Of a stretch of DNA of 64,000 nucleotides, positions 22,819 to 34,831 are shown one piece after another. The position numbers and the translations under genes are program-made. This DNA is from Podarcis erhardii (taxonomy: Eukaryota). The stretch lies in NCBI GenBank assembly GCA_964252035.1, contig OZ176216.1; one strand, 5' to 3'. The first letter of the stretch is position 1. Each line of letters begins with the position of its first letter. The notes under the pieces are model-generated. The model saw only the letters and a program-made list of their open reading frames with translations, did not search any database and was not told where the DNA came from.

Positions 22819-22954
22819 CAGGTTTCCTCAACCTTGGCCCTCCAGATGTTTTTGGCCTACAACTCCCATGATCCCTAGCTAGCAGAACCAGTGGTCATAG
22901 ATGATGGGAATTGTAGTCTCAAAACATCTGCAGGGCCAAGGTTGAGGAAGCCTG
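22819..22954. mobile_element. Short palindromic hAT-type MITE
   Basis: About 33-bp TIRs (CAGGTTTCCTCAACCTTGGCCCTCCAGATG...). Degenerate 8-bp TSD CTTTGGAT/GTTTGGAC. Confidence 0.8.
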
Positions 22955-23609
22955 GTTTGGACCATTTGCAGGAACAGTTAGACACACTTGAAACCACAGA
23001 AGGTAATTTTTAAAAACCCCTCAAGGATGTGACTGCATAAAGAGAAGAGTTCCTCTTCCAGAAATCTTTGAGGTGTGGTCAGTTAGTGAAGATGCATAAG
23101 ACGGGTTAAACCCACTAAAATATGCTTTTGGGGACCAATTTCTTAAACCCTTTACCATATTTTTGCATGGTGGTGGTGCTCCTGTTGCAACCCAGCTTGG
23201 ATCAAGCCATGACCCACAAGTTGAAGACCAGTGGCATACAGAGGTGCTCTCTGCATGTGTCCAAGAGCTGTCCAAGAAATTCCTTCGCCTTGGAGACCCA
23301 GCAAAGGCAAAACCTAACGTATATCTAAATGGGTAGAATGGGAGCATTATGCTTTACACCAAATATGTGGAGGAGGGAGGAGGGAGTCTCCTACACCAGA
23401 AAGTGATGGACCTCATCACAAGAAGGAGGCCTCTGACACCAGAGAGCAGTTTGACTGGACAGGAAAACACTCCGACTCACAACAGTGCCAAGAAGGATTT
23501 TATTTATGTATTGCCTTATACCATACAATCTCAAGGTAATTTGGCACCATAGTACCGGAAAAAGATGCAAAAATAGATGCAATTAAATAAAGATTGGCTA
23601 CAGAGGGTA

Positions 23610-23844
23610 GGGCCCCAGCCAATGGATTCACATTACAAGAAAGGAGATTTCAACTCAACATTAGGAAGAACTTTCTGTTTGACCGGGGAACTGACTACCT
23701 CTTAAGGTGGTGGACTCTCCTTCCTTGGAGGTGTTTAAACAGAAGTTGGGTGGCCATCTATCATGGGTTATTTAGCTGCGATTCCTACTTTGGACTAGAT
23801 GACCCTTGGGTCCCTTCCAACTGTACAGTTCTGTGATTCTGTGA
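23610..23844 (+). mobile_element. CR1 LINE 3' end
   Basis: Translates as NGFTLQERRFQLNIRKNFL (CR1 ORF2 end) and ends TTCCAACTGTACAGTTCTGTGATTCTGTGA. Confidence 0.85.
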
Positions 23845-24444
23845 CTCCACCCCTTCTTCCCAGCTGCCCTTTTCTGTTTTGCTTCCTTTCCCTCTCATGT
23901 CTACATTCCCCAGCACCACTCCTTATCCTATCAATTGTTATATACATAGACACACAGACAGACAGACAGACAGACAGACAGACCCACACACACACACCAC
24001 CCTGCACATCAAAGAACCTTCCACAAACTCTTTTCTAGCTTCCAAGGAGGTATGAAATTGATCCGATCCACTCTTGAGTCATGTTTATCATAATCATCTT
24101 GTGCCTCCCATTATGTTCTCACACTGCCCAATGTACAAATCTCTGCTCTTCAAAGTATGTCCCTGCCTCCGCTGTTGCTGAATTACCTGGGCTTATGAAT
24201 CTCGGCCTTGCACAATCCCACTCATAATTGTACTGAGATGGATGGAGGTTGGTACTCTTCTGAGTAAACAAGATTGACTTCCCAGGGTTCTTTGACCAGT
24301 CTCTTTGTGGACTGAGGTGCTACAGCAGAGACAATTTATTTGTTTGGCTTTGCACTCCAAATACCTGCTTTTCTACTTCCTCCTGCAGCCTGCTCTTTTC
24401 CTTCAATTCCAGGCTGTTCTGCCCACTTCCTATCTACTGCTTAA

Positions 24445-24640
24445 GAACAAAAGGAGAACATGGTTGGATCAGGCCAGTGGTCCATCTTGCCCAGCATCCT
24501 TTTCTCACAGTGGCCAAACAGATTCCCAATGGGAAGCCCAAATGAGCGCACCTACATTTTTGCTCCTCATGCTCCCCAGCAACTGGTATTTAGAAGCATA
24601 CTGCTTCTGACAGTGGAGGTATCACATAGCCGCCATCTTG
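24445..24640 (-). mobile_element. Old CR1-type 3' tail remnant; related remnants at about 44000-44192 (+), 51255-51352 (+) and 51462-51690 (-)
   Basis: Shared GGATCAGGCCAxTGGxCCATCTxGxCCAGCATCC and TTCTTATG-type termini. Confidence 0.6.
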
Positions 24641-24954
24641 CTTCTTAGCCTCTGGCTACACCTCTCTTCCTTTTTGTATGGGCTATCTGCCTTCACCCTG
24701 ACCATGTTCCTCCCACCCTGGACGCAGCAAGGCTTCTCAGCTTCTACTTGTAGTGCATACAGATGGTGATTCTTAGATGAAAACTACCAGTGAAGGATAA
24801 AGAATTTGCATACCATCCCAGCTCACTTGTTCCCACTATAAGTTAACCATGAGCAAGGGCTCTAGGACCAAACTCAAATTCCAGATCCAAATCTGGAAAC
24901 CCAGCCAAGTGCACAAACATCGGGGTCCTTTACTGATGCTGAAGGGAACACTGA

Positions 24955-25500
24955 ATCTCTTCATTATGTGATCACAAACCCAAACAAACCAAAAACTAAT
25001 GACTATACAAGCAAAATACCGTAACATACAAAGTATATTAGATCAGGAAAATATAAAACATGTCTAAAGTGAGCTATGCAGCATATTGCTTTAAAATATG
25101 GAAATGAAAAGTAAGTTAAGAAATTAATAAGAAATAACCAGATTATAAATTGCAACAGCCATTGGACAGGATAGCATTTATCAGGGAAGATTGCCTTTCG
25201 TGTTTTTGCAGCCAGAAAGAGAAATGTAGCCCCATTCTCTGTTAATAATCTGTTTGAGTCTGCCAAAAGGTAGGTCAGATCCCATTTGGAAGCCCTACCT
25301 GGAAATTTTTGAGAGAACAGGAGCCACCAATCGGGTCATCTTTGTTGAAATTATAGTGAAGAACCACATGAGCAAAATATTCTTCAACCTGCTCTTCACA
25401 AGGACAGAGTAATTCGCCATGAGGGATAGCCTCAAATTGGCCATCCAGTACAATGGCGGGCAAGCAGTTTGGACTAGCTTTATTGGAAATCAAGCAGTAT
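24955..25500 (-). mobile_element. Degraded non-LTR retrotransposon 3' end with a CCHC-like knuckle (clade unresolved)
   Basis: The minus strand reads PAIVLDGQFEAIPHGELLCPCEEQVEEYFAHVVLH... then LLADSNRLLTENGATFLFLAAKTRK, followed by an AT-rich 3'UTR. Confidence 0.6.
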
Positions 25501-28500
25501 TTGGGCACAGAAGGAAACAGAAGTAGCCACCATAAGCCCTTGTGATTAGAAGGCAGCATGATGTCACCAGATTGGCCAGGCCTGTTGACAATACAAGGAG
25601 CCAATCCTTCTGGGGTTGGATTAAATGTCCTGCAAACCTGGACTTGGCCATGGTTTCCAGACTAACCCAAGAGTCTCCAGCCAGGTGACATGCAAGTGGT
25701 CCTGATGCCCAACAGACCAAAAAAGTCCTGCTTGGTGCCTCAAGGTTTCATCTACCTGTTGAGCATCAAGAGTTAGACGAGTAGAACTGTTAAACTTTCT
25801 CCTATAGCTTTTAATAGATAGCAAGTCTTTGGGACATTGAGGCAGGCTTTTGCTCACTGTTGAGTTTGGAAACATTTCCCCCCAGAATTCAGAATTATTT
25901 GCCAGCCTCTGGTTTTATGCCTCGGTTCTCCATCCATGCCCATTGCTGTCACCTTTTTCAGCCAAATGAGTGCTGGGTCAGCTGCAAATATTCCTGGATT
26001 GTGACTGTACGGCAAAGAGAGGAATTGGTTTTGGAAGAGCAGAGAGCTTGCCTTGGGCTTTTGAAAAGGGGTATGTATTGCAGGTGCCAACTTTCTTCCA
26101 GTCACCCATGCTGGAAGGACACAGGTCAAGGGCCTGGGGTGAGGGAGAGGGTAGAGCATAGCGAGGACTTGCTGTCATTCCAGAGGACCTCGGTGACTCT
26201 GCAGAATCCTGCCTGAATGGAAAAAGCCGCCTGTTTTTGCCAGCTGAGTTGAGCAAGTATCTTTATTAAGCAGAGGGCCCATAAATCTGCTTGTACAAAC
26301 ACCAGCGGAAGACCGGCCGAGGAGCTGGTGCCAAGGGAATGAGGCATGTTCTCAAACACACAGCTGACTCTTGGCAGCACACGGGGTCCCATCTCTCCAG
26401 GGTCAGTCATCGGAAGATATCTTTATACTGTAGGCAAGTTGAAACAACTTGCTAAAAATACCACCTTTTATCTTTTCTCCCTTCTCCCCTCCCCCACAAA
26501 AAAAATCCCACCTAAAACATTGTTTATTTGGGGGGGGGGGCAAACCTGTTTACATTAAAGCTGCTAGCTTCAACAAGAGGCTTTAAAAGAAAAGGAAGAA
26601 GGAAAAAAGCCTGTAAATAACCAAAAGATGTATTGCTTTTGAATGTTCCATCCCCGATGTTCCGTGCTTTTAATAAATATCTCTCCTTGTTTTTCTGAAA
26701 CCCTGGTGTAATAAGCACTGATGCTGGCTGACATTTTCCTGGTGACTCACATAGTAAAATTAACATTGAACTATTTGCATATTCAATCGCTCTGTTCTCT
26801 GCCTTGGCTTTAACACTCTTTCTCCCCCCCCTTCCCCCCGCCCTCCAAACAAGTCCTATTATGCATGCGTACATGGCAAGATTTCTGGCTTGGTATCACT
26901 TTTTGTTTTGCTGATTTGATTTAGAGAAGGGGGGGTGGAGAAACCTCCCTGCCTGGCGTACACATCTACTTGAGCAAAAGAAAGAACACCCAGTTCTAGC
27001 CTTTGAAAATTGGCAGGCTGCGTACTGTTCCCTGACTGATAAGAGGTACTGTAAATAAAACTGTACGGCGTAGCCTGTCGTAAGATGCCCTGTGTCTGCA
27101 CTTATTGTTCTGACAGCTTTTGCGGGTCGGCTGTTTTGGTACGCTCTGTACTCTCCTTATATAACCAAGCATGCGTATCTCATCAGAACATTCAAGATGT
27201 TTATTTTAAAATCTCCAGGATTCTTCCCCCCTGTTAAAAAAAACAACCTCCCCAATAGATGAGGGCAATGCTCCACTTGTTATTCATTGCTCAGAAATAT
27301 TTCTTCCATTTCTTCTCCCTGGTTACTTACGGAAGTATTTTGCTTTGTTCATTTCTTCTTAAAAGCTATATAGTCCATCCCCTTTCACCATGGGTTAAAT
27401 TTCATCCCCAGAGCCCTGGACCACAATGTTCCTATGGGGGTGGGGATGTCTTTGCATAGGAAATGGCTCCATGCACCTCAACCTTTCTGGCCAAGTATCA
27501 CTGGGGTAGAAAAACAGGGTTTGCTATGCCAGATATGTTGCCAGGTCAGAACCTGTCAATGAAAAGAAGGCACCCACTTATTCTCCCCAGGAAATGCTGT
27601 TGGGTGCTTTTTTTTGGCTAATGTGTGAGTCTGTGACACTGCCAGAAACCAGGTACATTGGTCCATCTACCCAATATCACATGGCTTGCCAACATGGCTT
27701 CCATGAGTACCACTGTGCCCACCAGCCCTCCCCTGGGGGCCTGTGCATGGTCTCAGTGAACATCCCTTCAAAAACCCATAATGCAAAAGGGACTATTTGC
27801 CCTGGCCCAATGTCTCCTACATTGAACATGCTTCCTTAAGCATGACAACATTTCATTGGATGCCAGAGTCAGAAACCCTCCTTCCCTTCCATCCCAAACA
27901 GAGGAGAGGTGCACATTGCTTCTGTCTGTGAATGAGTGTGGCAGTGGCTGAGGCAGCTTTTTTCCCCATAAATGACAGGGTATGCCCAGACTTTTTTGAG
28001 ATGGCTCTTTACTGGTTTTTAGTTGTGGCAGGCATTTTTTTATATACCACACGGGTATAGCAGTAATTTTGTGCTATGTCATGCTCCAGGTGGCAGCCAT
28101 TTTGTGACCAGTGGCCATGATATTTTCTCAAAATTCCAAATACGCCCACTGACCCCAAAAGACTAGTGACCCTGCATTGTCATCTCTGCCAATGACATTG
28201 TGTGGGTTGCCAGCACTTTAGGGCCATGTGGAGAGGATAGGTGGGACAGAGGGAAGCAAACGGAGTACACATGCACATTCAACTGCCTAACAGTGCCTGC
28301 GTCACTCAGGAGATTGCAGCCACAGAGATAAGAAAAAAAGTGTCATTCCGTTGCCTGGAGAGGTCACTTCATAGTTCATATGGAGAAACCATTTTCAATG
28401 GAGCCCAGAAACGGAAGCACGCGGCTGTATTGAGGCAGCATCAAGTTTTGAAATTTTGTGTTCCTGAGCATTTTGCACCCAGGGCAACCATCCCTGTGGC

Positions 28501-28550
28501 CCTCCTCATGCTACGCCACTGATCTATAGCATCAGCAGCTTCCCAGGGCA

Positions 28551-28791
28551 ATTAATAACGTATCAAATCTTGCCACATCCTAATGCAAATAATAAAGCCA
28601 ATTATACATTCCAAATTATATAATTTAAAGAGACTTCCTTTCCCCCTGGCCAGCCAGAACATGAGAAGTCTCTTTAAATTATATAATTCGGAATGTATAA
28701 CTGGCTTTATTATTTGTATTAGGGTGTGGCAAGATTTGATATGTTATTAATTGGAGTGTTATTAATAAAAAAACATATTTATTTTTTAAAA
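28551..28791 (+). mobile_element. Fold-back (inverted 5' end) retro-insertion with 17-bp TSD
   Basis: 88-bp inverted arms at 28550-28637 and 28665-28752, with AATAAA plus an A-rich end. AGCAGCTTCCCAGGGCA occurs at 28534-28550 and 28792-28808. Confidence 0.8.
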
Positions 28792-30912
28792 AGCAGCTTC
28801 CCAGGGCAGGAAATGTGTTCTAACTCACCCTGAGCAATAGGCCCTGAATTAGACTACCTTTAGTTTCAGTGCCAGGGCTGAGCTCTGGAAAAGGGCCTCT
28901 GGGGACACAAAGAGTGCATCACACAAACACACACACACACGCAAGTTACCACAACCCGTCCAATTCCACCTGGCATTTGTCTGCTGACTGTGAGAAAAGG
29001 ATGCTGCCATAGGTGCATCTTCCGCCTGAATGAGCTGAACTGGCCATTACCATGTGGGGTTCCCTCCTCTGGGTTAGCATTGTTTGCAAATGTTCTGCTT
29101 GTGTTTTCTCTAATGGAAGCACCCCGTTTTCTCCAGATGGAACCAGGCTTGTTTTGCCAGCCATTTCCTCCTCCTCTTCCCCCTTGTCCCTGATTTCCTT
29201 CTGCTGTAATGCAGCCAATGAGAAAAGTGTGCCTCGTGCAAAAGTGAATCATCGCAAACATTAAGATCCTGCACCTGAGTTTCAAATGCAGCTCACTCTT
29301 GTTTTCCAAAGAAGGGACATAAAAAACACGGGCAGATGAGCAGCTGATTTGGGTGCCACCTGGGGCTTGAACATTCCCAGGCATCTGATTGCCCAGGTGT
29401 CTAAAAACCTGGGTGTTCTTGCACATGACTAGCAGTGATCAATCTGATGGGGCTTCACGAGAATCTGAAATGTCTCTTCAGAATTGTGTCTCCCCCTTCC
29501 TAATATTTTAGAGGCATATATACCTGCTGAATGCAGTTAGACTTCAATCCTGTATGTATTTCCTAGGAATCGGTTTTGTTATACACACTGGGACTTCCTT
29601 CTGAGTGAATATACTTTTCACTGCTGTCTTGTGTCTGTTTTGTACAAAATATCAAGTTTGAAGCAGGTATCCCCAGTGCATTTCTGAGCCTTATTTGCTA
29701 GGGCTTAGCCCCCAAACCATTATTTGATGCCAGGCTCACCCACCATTGCATAGTCCTGTAAGCATCTTCCCTTGAAACTGTTGACTGGTTTGTCATGACA
29801 TGTCATCATTTGAAAGCTCAGGCAGTACTTACAGGGCTGTATCCAATGTGTGTGAGTCATTTAATGGTATTCTGCTGTACATGTGCCAGCAGAACATTGT
29901 TGTATCAGAGGATGCACGAGCAGATTGCACCCTGAGTTTCTCCTGGCACATCTATTGACTTGGATTCTTCTGCTGTGCTACATCGAAACTAGCCTGTCTG
30001 CTAACACAAGAGCCCTCGCACTAGCTGACAGACAATATTGGATACAGCCCATGCTACTTATATGAATAAAAAGTTCTGCCTTGACCTTTAGGGATGAGGA
30101 TCCTCATTTCTCCGATGCAGCACCCTTAGCACTCTGCTGCCCAGGCCTGCTCTGACATCACAGCAGCTAAGCCAATGGCAGCCACAGGCCTACAGGGACA
30201 ATGAAGTACCCCTGAAAAAGAAAAACAGGACAGCTCTGATTATCTGCAGAACTTACTGCTCTGCAACTGAAAATGAGGGGAGTGGTTTGCCAGTAGAGGA
30301 TGAAATTCTGGAACTTAGGAGGCAACTGCCTAGTCCACCATGGGCTCGACAGCCATTAGGTAGACAAAGGGTGCAGGAGGTCATGGGAACACAGAGATTT
30401 TTGGAGAATGGGCAGGAGCTGAATCCTGAGCCACAATTCATCTTGGGAGCTGTGTGCATTGTCATAATTCATGCTCAGAACATCTTTCACTTTGCACTAA
30501 TTGCATCTTGCTTCGTGGGGTTTAGGGATCAAATTAAACACTCTTAACGGACATGTTTTTCCTCCAGTTCTGGGGCAATGGTGTTGGTGTTTTGGAAAGT
30601 CTCTGTCTCCCTATTCTCTTATGAACCCCCCCCCCCTAAAAACCAGCCTAGGAAATGTTTTGAGATCTGACTGCTGTGATCAAGAATAAATCTGATTTGC
30701 TCACCCCAGAGCCTTCAAGGTACCAGCCGGCACTGTACTGGCCTTTTAGGTCAATGATTCTGGAACAAAACATTCTCCGAACAGCCTCTGGCACGAAGGG
30801 CTGTAATAGTTCTCAAATAGAACTGACCTTTCTAATTATGTTGGTAATAAAGCTGTGTTTATTATTTAAGCAGGGCTTGGTGGTGAAAGGGATGGAGGGG
30901 GTGGTGGAGAGA

Positions 30913-30913
<1 letters not shown>

Positions 30914-30948
<35 letters not shown>
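30914..30948. repeat. (AG)n microsatellite
   Basis: Direct reading. Confidence 0.9.
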
Positions 30949-30954
<6 letters not shown>

Positions 30955-31974
30955 GCTATTTGGCATCCTGGCCGTCTTTCTAGTGCACCTCTCTTTCTAA
31001 CTAGGCCTGGCAGCTTTGGGTATATTTCAGATGAGCCCATCCTTGTTGCCTTCCAGTGTACGGCTTTTTGTGAAACTGTCTCCCATGACTTGAAAGGCTG
31101 TGCATTTATATATACATATAAAATTGAAAGAAAATGAAATGTACAGGCAAGCGAAGGAAAAGCAGGCACGTGGACTGTCTTTTCTAATATATGAGCAGGC
31201 ATGTGATGTCATTGTCCGGCCTCTTCTCCTTCCCACCCCCTCCGTACCTCCTTTCTTTTTTAGGGACTGGCCATTTGGTTTAGGCACACTTGAGTTGTTT
31301 TGAATGCAAACTTGACATCGCCCCGCAAGCAGCCGCGAACGGCGTATGCACAGTAAACAGGCAGACTGTCTTATTGATTAACAGATGAGACCTCTATTAT
31401 CGATCAAAGCTTGGCGAGAAAATTTATCACTTTTAATTTCACTGCTGCCAAATATTTCTGCCTGTGAGCCAGCCGTTACTGAGACAATTTAAAGGCAGAG
31501 GAATTCTTTTTCTAATGGGGAAATGGGGGCACTTCTGCTGCTTCTTTCTGTGCTTTCTTTGGGTGCACGATTCAGTGGGGTGAGGAGGGGAGCTGGCGAA
31601 ATGCTCTTGCGGAAAGGGGAATATTTTGGGAGAGTGATGCTGGGCTGGAAAAAGAAGAGTGTTGTGACACCTGCAAGACCAGGATGTGAGCCAAGGCTGG
31701 GGATGGGGGAAGAATCCAATCCAGTTCTCATTTCAAAGTGAGCGTACTTCATTCTCTTTACCAAAAGAGAACAAGAACCATAACCGTAACACAGCTATCC
31801 TTCCAAATTGGCACCTTCTCCAAATTTTGCAGTGCTGTTCTCCAGCCAAAAATGCATATACTAGTGTAAAGCCTACATAGAAGTTCATATAGTAGTCAAA
31901 TTAACACAAAAATGTATTCTATTAGGGGAAATTGCTTTGTAAAACTGTGCCTGTTAGGCAATGCTGCGTACAGT

Positions 31975-32200
31975 GGCTTCGGCCCAGTATACCTGAAGGA
32001 GCGTCTCCACCCCCATCGTTCAGCCCGGACACTGAGGTCCAGCACTGAGGGCTTTCTGGTGGTTCCCTTGCTGCAAGAAGTGAGGTTACAGGGAACCAGG
32101 CAGAGGGCTTTCTCGGCAGTGGCGCCCTCCCTGTGGAACACCATCCCATCAGATGTCAAGGACATAACTATCTGACTTTTAGAAGACATCTAAAAGGCAA
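31975..32200 (+). mobile_element. L2 LINE 3' fragment
   Basis: Translates GPVYLKERLHPHRSARTLRSS...GTRQRAFSAVAPSLWN. Confidence 0.85.
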
Positions 32201-32309
32201 CCCAGTCAGATGGGTGGCATATGAATAATAAATTATTAATAATAATCATCATGCTTGTTTGCATATATTTTTTTAATTATTATTACTACTACTATTACTA
32301 TTACTACTA

Positions 32310-32535
32310 CAGTGGTACCTCTGGTTACAAACTTAATTCGTTCTGGAGGTCCGTTCTTAACCCGAAACTGCTCTTAACCTGAGGTACCACTTTAGCTAAT
32401 GGGGCCTCCTGCTGCCCCTGTGCTGCCACCGCGCAATTTCTATTCTCATCCTGAGGTAAAGTTCTTAACCCGAGGTACTAATTCCAAGTTAGTGGAGTCT
32501 GTAACCCAAAGTGTTTGTAACCCGAGGTACTACTG
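32310..32535. mobile_element. Tc1/mariner (Tigger-like) MITE, 226 bp
   Basis: 23-bp TIRs CAGTGGTACCTCTGGTTACAAAC / GTTTGTAACCCGAGGTACTACTG, with TA on both sides. Confidence 0.88.
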
Positions 32536-33612
32536 TACTACAAAAAACGTGTGCACTAGGAGAAAGCCATTCTAAAATGCTGATGAAATTTCATGACAAC
32601 TTTTAAACTACGTATTTAAGAACTTGTGATTGAAAAAAATGAGAAACTAAGAGAAAGTGTGATTGACATTGCTCATCCCATGTACGGCATGAGATTTTGT
32701 GATCTACCAGAGATCTACATAGTGTCTGCTGCGGCCCACAAAAGATTCTACCCTGATAAAGCCATTAAGATTCTAGGGAGTGATGCTGTTTTTTTAAAAA
32801 ACAATAACAAAAAACAAAACAAAGACCAGTTTGCTACTCTCTCCTCCAGATCCTCTCCTCTCCTTTCCTTCCTTTCAAGGTTACTTTTATCATCGCCGAA
32901 TCCCGTGCTTTAGTTTCTTGGAACAGATGAATCAAACTTCTGAATCTAACAATTACGTTCACAGCTTTGGCCTAACAGCATATGCTTAGAAGACTGTGCT
33001 TGTGTCTGTATAGTGGGGTCTATTTTTATCTTCAAGTTTCTTATCTGCTGTTTAGACATCCTGTGCACACTTGTTTCCCTCATTATAACTGGAGCTGTGA
33101 CCCAACAGACGCCATGCATGTTGGTAGCAATTTTCTAAGAAATACCACAAATACCACACCTCACTGATAGTTGTGGAAATATCTGTGAGTCTCAGCACAC
33201 GCTCTTGCTGTTGCCACTTTCCTTATCTGATAGTGTTGTCGTCTTTCCCTTTATGGCATGCCTGACAATGGGGGGGGGGTTTGCTGGGGGTGCGGCGGCA
33301 ATTATATGGGATTGCTAACCTCTCCAAGAAGGCATTGGCATATAATGATTTTTAAGCAAACGCCTTTCTTGTTGGAAGAGCAACGTTTGTGGTTTGTTTT
33401 ATTTTTTTTACACACATACCCCTTAAAAAGTGATTAATATTACAACCCACAGCTATCCATGTTCATACACACCCTGGCATCAGAATTGTCTTCCTGGGTC
33501 ATCCCAAAAGCCAGTCTGCTTTGGAAGATTGTCATTGCCAGCTCCTTGCCAGGAAGAAGAATCTTTATTTGGATCAGCCACTAGCCATAACAATAAAATA
33601 AAATAAAATGTA

Positions 33613-34293
33613 CAATGGTACCTTGGTTCTCAAACTTAATCCGTTCCGGAAGCCTGTTCCAAAACCAAAGCATTCCAAAACCAAGGCGTGCTTTCCCACA
33701 GAAAGTAATGCAAAATGAATTAATCTGTTCCAGACTTTTAAAAACAACCCCTAAAACAGCAATTAAACATGAATTTTACTATCTAACAAGACTATTGATC
33801 CATAAAATGAAAGCAATAATCAATGTACTGCACTATAAAATAAATAAGACAGCATTGTAGATGATAAAAATGAAATTTTTTTTTCCTTCCCTGCACTGAC
33901 AATAGTCATTGTTTGGATGGGGGGCTTTTATCCATTTCCACAGTCACACACACAATCAATCAATCAATCAGTAGCTGAACTGGGTTCCACACAGTCACAA
34001 AAACAAATTAATCGAAAAAGCCTCAAAAACAAAAATGCAAAATAAATAGCAAAAACTAAAGCGCCAAACTTAACCCGTTCCAGAAATCCGTTTGACTTCC
34101 GAAATATTCAAAAACCAAGGCACAGCTTCTGATTGGTGCAGGTGCCCCAGAAACAATAGCCGACAACTGCATTGAACGTTCGGCTTCCAAAAATTGTTTG
34201 AAAACCAGAACACTTACCGGTACTTCCGGGTTTTCAGAGTTTGAGAATCAAAGCATTTGAGAACCAAGGTGTTTGAGAACCAAGGTACCACTG
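33613..34293. mobile_element. Tigger-like MITE, 681 bp
   Basis: TIRs CAATGGTACCTTGGTTCTCAAAC / GTTTGAGAACCAAGGTACCACTG, with TA TSD. Confidence 0.9.
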
Positions 34294-34504
34294 TATTAAA
34301 GACAGAGGTAAAAACTTAACTATAGAAAATACATTTTGTGGGTTTACATCAATAATCAAATAATACAGCTTGTTCTAATTGCCCCCGCTAAAAACCTTGC
34401 AGTTTTTGATGTCACATGATCATCTTGATCTGCTAAAAGAAAGGACGTGGTAGCAGTGGTTGAGTGACCTGGTGTGGACAATAAGAGAGGGGTAATAACC
34501 TAAT

Positions 34505-34831
34505 GGGACGCGGGTGGCGCTGTGGGTTAAACCACAGAGCCTAGGACTTGCCGATCAGAAGGTTGGCTGTTCGAATCCCCACAACGGGATGAGCTTCTGT
34601 TGCTTGGTCCCTGCTCCTGCCAACCTAGCAGTTCGAAAGCATGCCAAAGTGGAAGTAGATAAATAGGTACCGCTCTGGCGGGAAGGTAAACAGCATTTCC
34701 GTACACTTAGTCATGCTGGCCACATGACCTGGAAGCTGTATGCCGGCTCCCTTGGCCAATAAAGTGAGATGAGCGCCGCAACCCCAGAGTCGGTTACGAC
34801 TGGACCTAATGGTCAGGGGTCCCTTTACCTT
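34505..34831 (+). mobile_element. Sauria SINE with 12-bp TSD and a small internal deletion
   Basis: Runs GGGACGCGGGTGGCGCTG...GGTCCCTTTACCTT. TAATAACCTAAT occurs at 34493-34504 and 34832-34843. Confidence 0.93.
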
